From positions 992,001 to 1,056,000 of the forward strand of contig JBNRSN020000118.1 of NCBI GenBank assembly GCA_051313645.2: 64,000 nucleotides of DNA, read 5' to 3'. Source of the stretch: Centroscyllium fabricii. Its lineage: Eukaryota. The position numbers were made by a program, and so were the translations under genes. The notes below the pieces were generated by a model, which did not search any database, was not told the DNA's origin, and saw only the letters and a program-made list of their open reading frames with translations. Of this stretch, positions 46,160 through 60,419 are shown piece after piece (positions within the stretch are counted from its first letter, which is position 1; each line of letters opens with the position of its first letter).

Positions 46160-49100
46160 GTTGTGGTGCACACTGTACAGATGTTCAACATGTGGTGGGG
46201 CACACTGTACCGATGTTCATCATGTTGTGGTGCACACTGTACAGATGTTCATCATGTTGTGGTGCACAATGTACAGATGTTCATCTTGTTGTGGTGCACA
46301 ATGTACAGATGTTCATCATGTTGTGGTGCACATTGTACAGATGTTCATCATGTTGTGGTGCACACTGTACTGATGTTCATCATGTTGTGGTGCACACTGT
46401 ACAGATGTTCATCATGTTGTGGTGCACACTGTACAGATGTTCATCTTGTTGTGGTGCACACTGTACAGATGTTCATCATGTTGTGGTGCACACTGTACAG
46501 ATGTTCACCTTTTTTGGTGCACACTGTACAGATGCGCATCTTGTTGTGGTGCAAACTGTACAGATGTTGATCATGTTGTGGTACACACTGTACAGATGTT
46601 CATCATGTTGTGGTGCACACTGCACAGATGTTCATCTTGTTGTGGTTCACACTGTACAGATGTTCATCATGTTGTAGTGCACACTGTACAGATGTTCATC
46701 TTGTTGTGGTGCACACTGTACAGATGTTCATCTTGTTGTGGTGCACACTGTACAGATGTTCATCATGTTGGGGTGCACACTGTACAGATGTACATCTTGT
46801 TGTGGTGCACACTTTACAGATGTTCATCATGTTGTGGTGCACACTGTACAGATGTTCATCATGTTGTGGTGCACACTGTACAGATGTTCATCTTGTTGTG
46901 GTGCACACTGTACAGCTGTTCATCATGTTGTAGCGCACACTGTACAGATGTTCAGCTTGTTGTGGTGCACACTGTACAGATGTTCATCTTGTTGAGGTGC
47001 ACACTACACAGATGTTCATCATGTTGTGGTGCACACTGTACAGATGTACATCTTGTTGTGGTGCACACTGTACAGATGTTCATCATGTTGTGGTGCACAC
47101 TGTACAGATGTTCATCATGTTGTGGTGCACACTGTACAGATGTTCCTCATGTTGTGGTGCACACTGTACAGATGTTCACCTTCTTGTGGTGTACACAGTA
47201 CAGATGTTCATCATGTTGTGGTGCACACTGTACAGATGTTCCTCATGTTGTTGTGCACACTGTACGGATGTTGATCATGTTGTGGTGCACACTTTACAGA
47301 TGTTCATCTTGTTGTAGAGCACACTGTACAGATGTTCATCATGTTGTGGAGCACACTGTACAGATGTTCATCATGTTGTGGTGCACAATGTACACATGTT
47401 CATCATGTTGTGGTGCTCACTGTACAGATGTTCATCTTGTTGTGGTGCACACTGTACAGATGTTCATCTTGTTGAGGTGCACACTACACAGATGTTCATC
47501 ATGTTGTGGTGCACACTGTACAGATGTACATCTTGTTGTGGTGCACACTGTACAGATGTTCATCATGTTGTGGTGCACAATGTACAGATGTTCATCATGT
47601 TGTGGTGCACACTGTACAGATGTTCATCATGTTGTGGTGCACACTGTACAGATGTTCACCTTTTTTGGTGCACACTGTACAGATGCTCATCTTGTTGTGG
47701 GTCAAACTGTACAGATGTTCATCATGTTGTAGTACACACTGTACAGATGTTCATCATGTTGTGGTGCACACTGTACAGATGTTCTTCTTGTTGTGGTGCA
47801 CACTGTACAGATGTTCATCATGTTGTAGTGCACACTGTACAGATGTTCATCTTGTTGTGGTGCACACTGTACAGATGTTCATCTTGTTGAGGTGCACACT
47901 ACACAGATGTTCATCATGTTGTGGTGCACACTGTACAGATGTTCATCTTGTTGTGGTGCACACTGTACAGATGTTCATCTTGTTGTGGTGCACACTGTAC
48001 AGATGTTCATCATATTGTGGTGCACACTGTACAGATGTTCATCTTGTTGTGCTGCACACTGTACAGATGTTCATCATGTTGTGGTGCACACTGTACAGAT
48101 GTTCATCATGTTGTGGTGCACACTGTACAGAAGTTCAACATGTGGTGGGGCACACTGTACCGATGTTCATCATGTTGTGGTGCACACTGTACAGATGTTC
48201 ATCATGTTGTGGTGCACAATGTACAGATGTTCATCTTGTTGTGGTGCACACTGTACAGATGTTCATCATGTTGCGGTGCACATTGTACAGATTTTCATCA
48301 TGTTGTGGTGCACACTGTACTGATGTTCATCATGTTGTGGTGCACACTGTACAGATGTTCATCATGATGTGGTGCACACTGTACAGATGTTCATCATGTT
48401 GTGGTGCACACTGTACAGATGTTCAGTTTTTTTGGTGCACACTGTACAGATGCTCATCTTGTTGTGGTGCAAATTGTACAGATGTTGATCATGTTGTGGT
48501 ACACACTGTACAGATGTTCATCATGTTGTGGTGCACACTGCACAGATGTTCATCTTGTTGTGGTTCACACTGTACAGATGTTCATCATGTTGTAGTGCAC
48601 ACTGTACAGATGTTCATCTTGTTGTGGTGCACACTGTACAGATGTTCATCTTGTTGTGGTGCACGCTGTACAGATGTTCATCATGTTGTGGTGCACACTG
48701 TACAGATGTACATCTTGTTGTGGTGCACACTTTACAGATGTTCATCATGTTGTGGTGCACACTGTACAGATGTTCATCATGTTGTGGTGCACACTGTACA
48801 GATGTTCATCTTGTTGTGGTGCACACTGTACAGCTGTTCATCATGTTGTAGCGCACACTGTACAGATGTTCAACTTGCTGTGGTGCACACTGTACAGATG
48901 TTCATCTTGTTGAGGTGCACACTACAGAGATGTTCATCATGTTGTGGTGCACACTGTACAGATGTACATCTTGTTGTGGTGCACACTGTACAGATGTTCA
49001 TCATGTTGTGGTGCACACTGTACAGATGTTCATCATGTTGTGGTGCACACTGTACAGATGTTCCTCATGTTGTGGTGCACACTGTACAGATGTTCACCTT

Positions 49101-50020
49101 CTTGTGGTGTACACAGTACAGATGTTCATCATGTTGTGGTGCACACTGTACAGATGTTCCTCATGTTGTTGTGCACACTGTACGGATGTTGATCATGTTG
49201 TGGTGCACACTGTACAGATGTTCATCTTGTTGTGGAGCACACTGTACAGATGTTCATCATGTTGTGGAGCACACTTTACAGATGTTCATCATGTTGTGGT
49301 GCACAATGTACACATGTTCATCATGTTGTGGTGCTCACTGTACAGATGTTCATCTTGTTGTGGTGCACACTATATATGTTCATCTTGTTGAGGTGCACAC
49401 TACACAGATGTTCATCATGTTGTGGTGCACACTGTACAGATGTACATCTTGTTGTGGTGCACACTGTACAGATGTTCATCATGTTGTGGTGCACACTGTA
49501 CAGATGTTCATCATGTTGTGGCGCACACTGTACAGATGTTCATCATGTTGTGGTGCACACTGTACAGATGTTCATCTTTTTTGGTGCACACTGTACAGAT
49601 GCTCATCTTGTTGTGGTTCAAACTGTACAGATGTTCATCATGTTGTGGTACACACTGTACAGATGTTCGTCATGTTGTGGTGCACACTGTACAGATGTTC
49701 ATCTTGTTGTGGTGCACACTGTACAGATGTTCATCATGTTGTAGTGCACACTGTACAGATGTTCATCTTGTTGTGGTGCACACTGTACAGATGTTCATCT
49801 TGTTGAGGTGCACACTACACAGATGTTCATCATGTTGTGGTGCACACTGTACAGATGTTCATCTTGTTGTGGTGCACACTGTACAGATGTTCATCTTGTT
49901 GTGGTGCACACTGTACAGATGTTCATCATATTGTGGTGCACACTGTACAGATGTTCATCTTGTTGTGCTACACACTGTACAGATGTTCATCATGTTGTGG
50001 TGCACACTGTACAGATGTTC
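46160..50020. repeat. ~1.9-kb (about 60-monomer) repeat, 2 copies
   Basis: ORF pairs 46610/48528, 46738/48656 and 47026/48944 are offset by 1918, and 47892/49808 by 1916. Confidence 0.8.
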
Positions 50021-53000
50021 ATCATGTTGTGGTGCACACTGTACAGATGTTCACCTTCTTGTGGTGTACACAGTACAGATGCTCATCATGCTGTGGTGCA
50101 CACTGTACAGGTGTTCCTCATGTTGTGGTGCACACTGTACAGATGTTAATCATGTTGTGGTGCACACTGTACAGATGTTCATCTTGTTGTGGTGCACACT
50201 GTACAGGTGTTCATCATGATGTGGAGCACACTGTACAGATTTTCATCATGTTGTGGTGCACAATGTACACATGTTCATCATGTTGTGGTGCACACTGTAC
50301 AGATGTTCATCTTGTTGTGGTTCACACTGTACAGATGTTCATCCTGTTGCGTTGCACACTGTACAGATGTACATCTTGTTGTGGTGCACACTGTACAGAT
50401 GTTCAACATGTTGTGGTGCACATTTTACAGATGGTCATCTTGTTGTGGTGCACATTGTACAGATGTTCAGCATGTTGTGGTGCACACTGTACATATGTTC
50501 ATCTTGTTGTTGTGCACACTGTACAGATGTTGATCATGTTTTAGTGCACACTGTGCGGATGTTCATCGTGTTGTGTTGCACACTGTACAGATGTTCATCA
50601 TGTTGTGGTGCACATTGTACAGATGTTCATCATGTTGTGGTGCACACTGTACAGATGTTCATCATGTTGTGGAGCACACTGTACAGATGTTCATCATGTT
50701 GTGGTGCACAATGTACAGATGTTCATCTTGTGGTGCACACTGTACAGATGTTCATCATGTTGTGGTGCACACTGTACAGATGTTCATCATGTTGTGGTGC
50801 ACACTGTACAGATGTTCAACATGTGGTGGGGCACACTGTACCGATGTTCATCATGTTGTGGTGCACACTGTACAGATGTTCATCATGTTGTGGTGCACAA
50901 TGTACAGATGTTCATCTTGTTGTGGTGCACACTGTACAGATGTTCATCATGTTGTGGTGCACATTGTACTGATGTTCATCATGTTGTGGTGCACACTGTA
51001 CTGATGTTCATCATGTTGTGGTGCACACTGTACAGATGTTCATCATGTTGTGGTGCACACTGTACAGATGTTCATCTTGTTGTGGTGCACACTGTACAGA
51101 TGTTCATCATGTTGTGGTGCACACTGTACAGATGTTCATCATGTTGTGGTGCACACTGTACAGATGTTCATCATGTTGTAGTGCACACTGTACAGATGTT
51201 CATCATGTTGTGGTGCACACTGTACAAATGTTCATCTTATTGTGTAGCACACTGTACAGATGTTCATCTTGTTGTGGTGCACACTGTACAGATGTTCATC
51301 ATGTTGTGGTGCACACTGTACAGATGTTCATCTTGTTGTGGTGCACACTGTGCAGATGTTCATCTTGTTGTGGTGCACACTGTACAGATGTTCATCATAT
51401 TGTGGTGCACACTGTACAGATGTTCATCTTGTTGTGGTGCACACTGTACAGATGTTCATCATGTTGTGGTGCACACTGTACAGATGTTCATCATGTTGTG
51501 ATGCACACTGTACAGATGTTCACCTTTTTTGGTGCACACTCTACAGATGCTCATCTTGTTGTGGTGCAAACTGTACAGATGTTCATCATGTTGTGGTACA
51601 CACTGTACAGATGTTGATCATGTTGTGGTGCACACTGCACAGATGTTCATCTTGTTGTGGTTCACACTGTACAGATGTTCATCATGTTGTTGTGCACACT
51701 GTACAGATGTTCATCTTGTTGTGGTGCACACTGTACAGATGTACATCTTGTTGTGGTGCACACTGTACAGATGTTCATCATGTTGAGGTGTACACTACAC
51801 AGATGTTCATCATGTTGTGGTGCACACTGTGCAGATGTACATCTAGTTGTGGTGCACACTGTACAGATGTTCATCATGTTGTGGTGCACACTCTACAGAT
51901 GTTCAAAATGTTGTGGTGCACACTGTACAGATGTTCCTCATGTTGTGGTGCACACTGTGCAGATGTTCACCTTCTTGTGGTGTACACAGTACAGATGTTC
52001 ATCATGTTGTGGTGCACACTGTACAGATGTTCCTCATGTTGTGGTGCACACTGTATAGATGTTCATCATGTTGTGGTGCACACTGCACAGATGTTCATCT
52101 TGTTGTGGTGCACACTGTACAGATGTTCATCATGTTGTGGTGCACAATGTACACATGTTCATCATGTTGTGGTGCACACTGTACAGATGTTCATCTTGTT
52201 GTGTTGCACACTGTACAGATGTTCATCTTGTTGTGTTGCACACTGTACAGATGTTCATCTTGTTGTGGTGCACATTGTACAGATGTTCATCATGTTGTGG
52301 TGCACAATGTACAGATGTTCATCTTGTTGTCGTGCACATTGTACAGATGTTCAGCATGTCGTGGTGCACACTGTACATATGTTCATCTTGCTATGGTGCA
52401 CACTGTACAGATGTTCATCATGTTGTAGTGCACACTGTGCAGATGTTCATCTTGTTGTGGTGCACAATGTACAGATGTTCATCATGTTGTGGTGCACATT
52501 GTACAGATGTTCATCATGTTGTGGTGCACACTGTACAGATGTTTATCATGTTGTGGTGCACACTGTACAGATGTTCATCATGTTGTGGTGCACAATGTAC
52601 AGATATTCATCATGTTGTGGTGCACACTGTGCAGATGTTCATCATGTTGTGGTGCACACTGTTCAGATGTTCATCATGTTGTGGATCACACTGTACAGAT
52701 GTTCATCATGTTGTGGTGCACAATGTACAGATGTTAATCATGTTGTGGTGCACACTGTACAGATGTTCATCTTGTTGTGCTGCACACTGTACTGATGTTC
52801 GTCTTGTGGTGTTGCACACTGTACAGATGTTCATCTTGTTGTGGTGCATACTGTACAGATGTTCATCATGTTGTGGTGCACATTGTACAGATGTTCATCT
52901 TGTTGTGGTGCACATGGTGCAGATGTTCACCATGTTATGGTGCACACTGTACAGATGTTCATCTTGTTGTGGTGCACACTGTACAGATGTTCATCATGTT

Positions 53001-54249
53001 GTAGTGCACACTGTGCAGATGTTCATCTTGTTGTGGTGCACACTGTACAGATGTTCATCATGTTGTGGTGCACACTGTACAGATGTTCATCATGTTGTAG
53101 TGCACACTGTGCAGATGTTCATCATGTTGTGGTGCACACTGTACAGATGTTCATCTTGTTGTGGTGCGCACTGTACAGATGTTCATCATGTTGTGGTGCA
53201 CACTGTGCAGATGTCCATCATGATGTGGTGCACACTGTACAGATGTTCACCTTTTGTGGTGCACACTGTACAGATGCTCATCTTGTTGTGGTGCAAACTG
53301 TACAGATGTTCATCATGTTGTGGTACACACTGTACAGATGTTCATCATGTTGTGGTGCACACTGTACAGATGTTCATCTTGTGGTGCACATTATACAGAT
53401 GTTCATCATGTTGTAGTGCACACTGTACAGATGTTCAACGTGTTGTGGTGCACACTGTACAGATGTTCATCTTGTTGTGGTGCACACTGTACAGATGTTC
53501 ATCATGTTGTGGTGCACACTGTACAGATGTTCATCATGTTGTGGTGCACAATGTACAGATGCTCATCTTGTTGTGGTGCACACTGTACAGATGTTCATCA
53601 TGTTGTGGTGCACATTGTACAGATGTTCATCATGTTGTGGTGCACACTGTACTGATGTTCATCATGTTGTGGTGCACACTGTACAGATGTTCATCATGTT
53701 GTGGTGCACACTGTACAGATGTTCATTTTGTTGTGGTGCACACTGTACAGATGTTCATCATGTTGTGGTGCACACTGTACAGATGTTCACCTTTTTTGGT
53801 GCACACTGTACAGATGCTCATCTTGTTGTGGTACAAACTGTACAGATGTTGATCATGTTGTGGTACACACTGTACAGATGTTCATCATGTTGTGGTGCAC
53901 ACTGCACAGATGTTCATCTTGTTGTGGTTCACACTGTACAGATGTTCATCATGTTGTAGTGCACACTGTACAGATGTTCATCTTGTTGTGGTGCACACTG
54001 TACAGATGTTCATCTTGTTGTGGTGCACACTGTACAGATGTTCATCATGTTGTGGTGCACACTGTACAGATGTACATCTTGTTGTGGTGCACACTTTACA
54101 GATGTTCATCATGTTGTGGTGCACACTGTACAGATGTTCATCATGTTGTGGTGCACACTGTACAGATGTTCATCTTGTTGTGGTGCACACTGTACAGCTG
54201 TTCATCATGTTGTAGCGCACACTGTACAGATGTTCATCTTGTTGTGGTG

Positions 54250-57200
54250 CACACTGTACAGATGTTCATCTTGTTGAGGTGCACACTACACAGATGTTCA
54301 TCATGTTGTGGTGCACACTGTACAGATGTACATCTTGTTGTGGTGCACACTGTACAGATGTTCATCATGTTGTGGTGCACACTGTACAGATGTTCATCAT
54401 GTTGTGGTGCACACTGTACAGATGTTCCTCATGTTGTGGTGCACACTGTACAGATGTTCACCTTCTTGTGGTGTACACAGTACAGATGTTCATCATGTTG
54501 TGGTGCACACTGTACAGATGTTCCTCATGTTGTTGTGCACACTGTACGGATGTTGATCATGTTGTGGTGCACACTGTACAGATGTTCATCTTGTTGTGGA
54601 GCACACTGTACAGATGTTCATCATGTTGTGGAGCACACTGTACAGATGTTCGTCATGTTGTGGTGCACAATGTACACGTGTTCATCATGTTGTGGTGCTC
54701 ACTGTACAGATGTTCATCTTGTTGTGGTGCACACTGTACAGATGTTCATCTTGTTGAGGTGCACACTACACAGATGTTCATCATGTTGTGGTGCACACTG
54801 TACAGATGTACATCTTGTTGTGGTGCACACTGTACAGATGTTCATCATGTTGTGGTGCACACTGTACAGATGTTCATCATGTTGTGGTGCACACTGTACA
54901 GGTGTTCATCATGTTGTGGTGCACACTGTACAGATGTTCACATTCTTTGGTGCACACTGTACAGATGCTCATCTTGTTGTGGTTCAAACTGTACAGATGT
55001 TCATCATGTTGTGGTACACACTGTACAGATGTTCATCATGTTGTGGTGCACACTGTACAGATGTTCATCTTGTTGTGGTGCACACTGTACAGATGTTCAT
55101 CATGTTGTAGTGCACACTGTACAGATGTTCATCTTGTTGTGGTGCACACTGTATAGATGTTCATCTTGTTGAGGTGCACACTACACAGATGTTCATCATG
55201 TTGTGGTGCACACTGTACAGATGTTCATCTTGTTGTGGTGCACACTGTACAGATGTTCATCTTGTTGTGGTGCACACTGTACAGATGTTCATCTTGTTGT
55301 GGTGCAAACTGTACAGATGTTCATCATGTTGTGGTACACACTGTACAGATGTTCATCATGTTGTGGTGCACACTGCACAGATGTTCATCTTGTTGTGGTT
55401 CACACTGTACAGATGTTCATCATGTTGTAGTGCACACTGTACAGATGTTCATCTTGTTGTGATGCACACTGTACAGATGTTCATCTTGTTGTGGTGCACA
55501 CTGTACAGATGTTCATCATGTTGTGGTGCACACTGTACAGATGTACATCTTATTGTGGTGCACACTTTACAGATGTTCATCATGTTGTGGTGCACACTGT
55601 ACAGATGTTCATCATGTTGTGGTGCACACTGTACAGATGTTCATCTTGTTGTGGTGCACACTGTACAGCTGTTCATCATGTTGTAGCGCACACTGTACAG
55701 ATGTTCATCTTGTTGTGGTGCACACTGTACAGATGTTCATCTTGTTGAGGTGCACACTACACAGATGTTCATCATGTTGTGGTGCACACTGTACAGATGT
55801 ACATCTTGTTGTGGTGCACACTGTACAGATGTTCATCATGTTGTGGTGCACACTGTACAGATGTTCATCATGTTGTGGTGCACACTGTACAGATCTTCCT
55901 CATGTTGTGGTGCACACTGTACAGATGTTCACCTTCTTGTGGTGTACACAGTACAGATGTTCATCATGTTGTGGTGCATACTGTACAGATGTTCCTCATG
56001 CTGTTGTGCACACTGTACCGATGTTGATCATGTTGTGGTGCACACTGTACAGATGTTCATCTTGTTGTGGAGCACACTGTACAGATGTTCATCATGTTGT
56101 GGAGCACACTGTACAGATGTTCATCATGTTGTGGTGCACAATGTACACATGTTCATCATGTTGTGGTGCTCACTGTACAGATGTTCATCTTGTTGTGGTG
56201 CACACTGTACAGATGTTCATCTTGTTGAGGTGCACACTACACAGATGTTCATCATGTTGTGGTGCACACTGTACAGATGTACATCTTGTTGTGGTGCACA
56301 CTGTACAGATGTTCATCATGTTGTGGTGCACACTGTACAGATGTTCATCATGTTGTGCTGCACACTGTACAGATGTTCATCATGTTGTGGTGCACACTGT
56401 ACAGATGTTCACCTTTTTTGGTGCACACTGTACAGATGCTCATCTTGTTGTGGTTCAAACTGTACAGATGTTCACCATGTTGTGGTACACACTGTACAGA
56501 TGTGCATCATGTTGTGGTGCACACTGTACAGATGTTCATCATGTTGTAGTGCACACTGTACAGATGTTCATCTTGTTGTGGTGCACACTGTACAGATGTT
56601 CTTAGTGTTGAGGTGCACACTACACAGATGTTCATCATGTTGTGTTGCACACTGTACAGATGTACATCTTGTTGTGCTGCACACTGTACAGATGTTCATT
56701 ATGTTGTGGTGCACACTGTACAGATGTTCATCATGTTGTGGTGCACACTGTACAGATGTTCACCTTCTTGTGGTGTACACAGCACAGATGCTCATCACGC
56801 TGTGGTGCACACTGTACAGGTGTTCCTCATGTTGTGGTGCACACTGTACAGATGTTAATCATGTTGTGGTGCACACTGTACAGATGTTCATCTTGTTGTG
56901 GTGCACACTGTACAGATGTTCATCATGATGTGGAGCACACTGTACAGATGTTCATCATGTTGTGGTGCACAATGTACACATGTTCATCATGTTGAGGTGC
57001 ACACTGTACAGATGTTCATCTTGTTGTGGTGCACACTGTACAGATGTTCATCCTGTTGCGTTGCACACTGTACAGATGTACATCTTGTTGTGGTGCACAC
57101 TGTACAGATGTTCAACATGTTGTGGTGCACATTTTACAGATGGTCATCTTGTTGTGGTGCACATTGTACAGATGTTCAGCATGTTGTGGTGCACACTGTA

Positions 57201-59230
57201 TATATGTTCATCTTGTTGTTGTGCACACTGTACAGATGTTGATCATGTTTTAGTGCACACTGTGCGGATGTTCATCGTGTTGTGTTGCACACTGTACAGA
57301 TGTTCATCATGTTGTGGTGCACATTGTACAGATGTTCATCATGTTGTGGTGCACACTGTACAGATGTTCATCATGTTGTGGTGCACACTGTACAGATGTT
57401 CATCATGTTGTGGTGCACAATGTACAGATGTTCATCTTGTGGTGCACACTGTACAGATGTTCATCATGTTGTGGTGCACACTGTACAGATGTTCATCATG
57501 TTGTGGTGCACACTGTACAGATGTTCAACATGTGGTGGGGCACACTGTACCGATGTTCATCATGTTGTGGTGCACACTGTACAGATGTTCATCATGTTGT
57601 GGTGCACAATGTACAGATGTTCATCTTGTTGTGGTGCACACTGTACAGATGTTCATCTTGTTGAGGTGCACACTACACAGATGTTCATCATGTTGTGGTG
57701 CACACTGTACAGATGTACATCTTGTTGTGGTGCACACTGTACAGATGTTCATCATGTTGTGGTGCACACTGTACAGATGTTCATCATGTTGTGGTGCACA
57801 CTGTACAGATGTTCCTCATGTTGTGGTGCACACTGTACAGATGTTCACCTTCTTGTGGTGTACACAGTACAGATGTTCATCATGTTGTGGTGCACACTGT
57901 ACAGATGTTCCTCATGTTGTTGTGCACACTGTACGGATGTTGATCATGTTGTGGTGCACACTGTACAGATGTTCATCTTGTTGTGGAGCACGCTGTACAG
58001 ATGTTCATCATGTTGTGGAGCACACTGTACAGATGTTCATCATGTTGTGGTGCACAATGTACACATGTTCATCATGTTGTAGTGCTCACTGTACAGATGT
58101 TCATCTTGTTGTGGTGCACACTGTACAGATGTTCATCTTGTTGAGGTGCACACTACACAGATGTTCATCATGTTGTGGTGCACACTGTACAGATGTACAT
58201 CTTGTTGTGGTGCACACTGTACAGATGTTCATCATGTTGTGGTGCACACTGTACAGATGTTCATCATGTTGTGGTGCACACTGTACAGGTGTTCATCATG
58301 TTGTGGTGCACACTGTACAGATGTTCACCTTTTTTGGTGCACACTGTACAGATGCTCATCTTGTTGTGGTTCAAACTGTACAGATGTTCATCATGTTGTG
58401 GTACACACTGTACAGATGTTCATCATGTTGTGGTGCACACTGTACAGATGTTCATCTTGTTGTGGTGCACACTGTACAGATGTTCATCATGTTGTAGTGC
58501 ACACTGTACAGATGTTCATCTTGTTGTGGTGCACACTGTACAGGTGTTCAACTTGTTGAGGTGCACACTACACAGATGTTCATCATGTTGTGGTGCACAC
58601 TGTACAGATGTTCATCTTGTTGTGGTGCACACTGTACAGATGTTCATCTTGTTGTGGTGCACACTGTACAGATGTTCATCTTGTTGTGGTGCAAACTGTA
58701 CAGATGTTCATCATGTTGTGGTACACACTGTACAGATGTTCATCATGTTGTGGTGCACACTGCACAGATGTTCATCTTGTTGTGGTTCACACTGTACAGA
58801 TGTTCATCATGTTGTAGTGCACACTGTACAGATGTTCATCTTGTTGTGATGCACACTGTACAGATGTTCATCTTGTTGTGGTGCACACTGTACAGATGTT
58901 CATCATGTTGTGGTGCACACTGTACAGATGTACATCTTATTGTGGTGCACACTTTACAGATGTTCATCATGTTGTGGTGCACACAGTACAGATGTTCATC
59001 ATGTTGTGGTGCACACTGTACAGATGTTCATCTTGTTGTGGTGCACACTGTACAGCTGTTCATCATGTTGTAGCGCACACTGTACAGATGTTCATCTTGT
59101 TGTGGTGCACACTGTACAGATGTTCATCTTGTTGAGGTGCACACTACACAGATGTTCATCATGTTGTGGTGCACACTGTACAGATGTACATCTTGTTGTG
59201 GTGCACACTGTACAGATGTTCATCATGTTG
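54250..59230. repeat. Block duplication: ~54250-55850 repeated at ~57640-59230 (offset 3387 bp)
   Basis: ORF pairs 54308/57695, 55174/58561, 55203/58590 and 55491/58878 are offset by 3387. Shared variants: gtacaggtgttc, ttgtgatgc, gtacatcttattg. Confidence 0.85.
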
Positions 59231-60419
59231 TGGTGCACACTGTAAAGATGTTCCTCATGTTGTGGTGCACACTGTACAGATGTTCATCTTGTTGAGGTGC
59301 ACACTACACAGATGTTCATCATGTTGTGGTGCACACTGTACAGATGTTCATCATGTTGTGGTGCACACTGTACAGCTGTTCATCATGTTGTAGCGCACAC
59401 TGTACAGATGTTCATCTTGTTGTGGTGCACACTGTACAGATGTTCATCTTGTTGAGGTGCACACTACACAGATGTTCATCATGTTGTAGTGCACACTGTA
59501 CAGATGTTCATCATGTTGTGGTGCACACTGTACAGATGTTCATCATGTTGTGGTGCACACTGTAAAGATGTTCCTCATGTTGTGGTGCACACTGTACAGA
59601 TGTTCACCTTCTTGTGGTGTACACAGTACAGATGTTCATCATGTTGTGGTGCATACTGTACAGATGTTCCTCATGTTGTTGTGCACACTGTACGGATGTT
59701 GATCATGTTGTGGTGCACACTGTACAGATGTTCATCTTGTTGTGGAGCACACTGTACAGATGTTCATCATGTTGTGGAGCACACTGTACAGATGTTCATC
59801 ATGTTGTGGTGCACAATGTACACATGTTCATCATGTTGTGGTGCTCACTGTACAGATGTTCATCTTGTTGTGGTGCACACTGTACAGATGTTCATCTTGT
59901 TGAGGTGCACACTACACAGATGTTCATCATGTTGTGGTGCACACTGTACAGATGTACATCTTGTTGTGGTGCACACTGTACAGATGTTCATCATGTTGTG
60001 GTGCACACTGTACAGATGTTCATCATGTTGTGGTGCACACTGTACAGATGTTCATCATGTTGTGGTGCACACTGTACAGATGTTCACCTTTTTTGGTGCA
60101 CACTGTACAGATGCTCATCTTGTTGTGGTTCAAACTGTACAGATGTTCACCATGTTGTGGTACACACTGTACAGATGTTCATCATGTTGTGGTGCACACT
60201 GTACAGATGTTCATCTTGTTTTGGTGCACACTGTACAGATGTTCATCATGTTGTAGTGCACAGTGTACAGATGTTCATCTTGTTGTGGTGCACACTGTAC
60301 AGATGTTCTTCTTGTTGAGGTGCACACTACACAGATGTTCATCATGTTGTGTTGCACACTGTACAGATGTACATCTTGTTGTGGTGCACACTGTACAGAT
60401 GTTCATTATGTTGTGGTGC

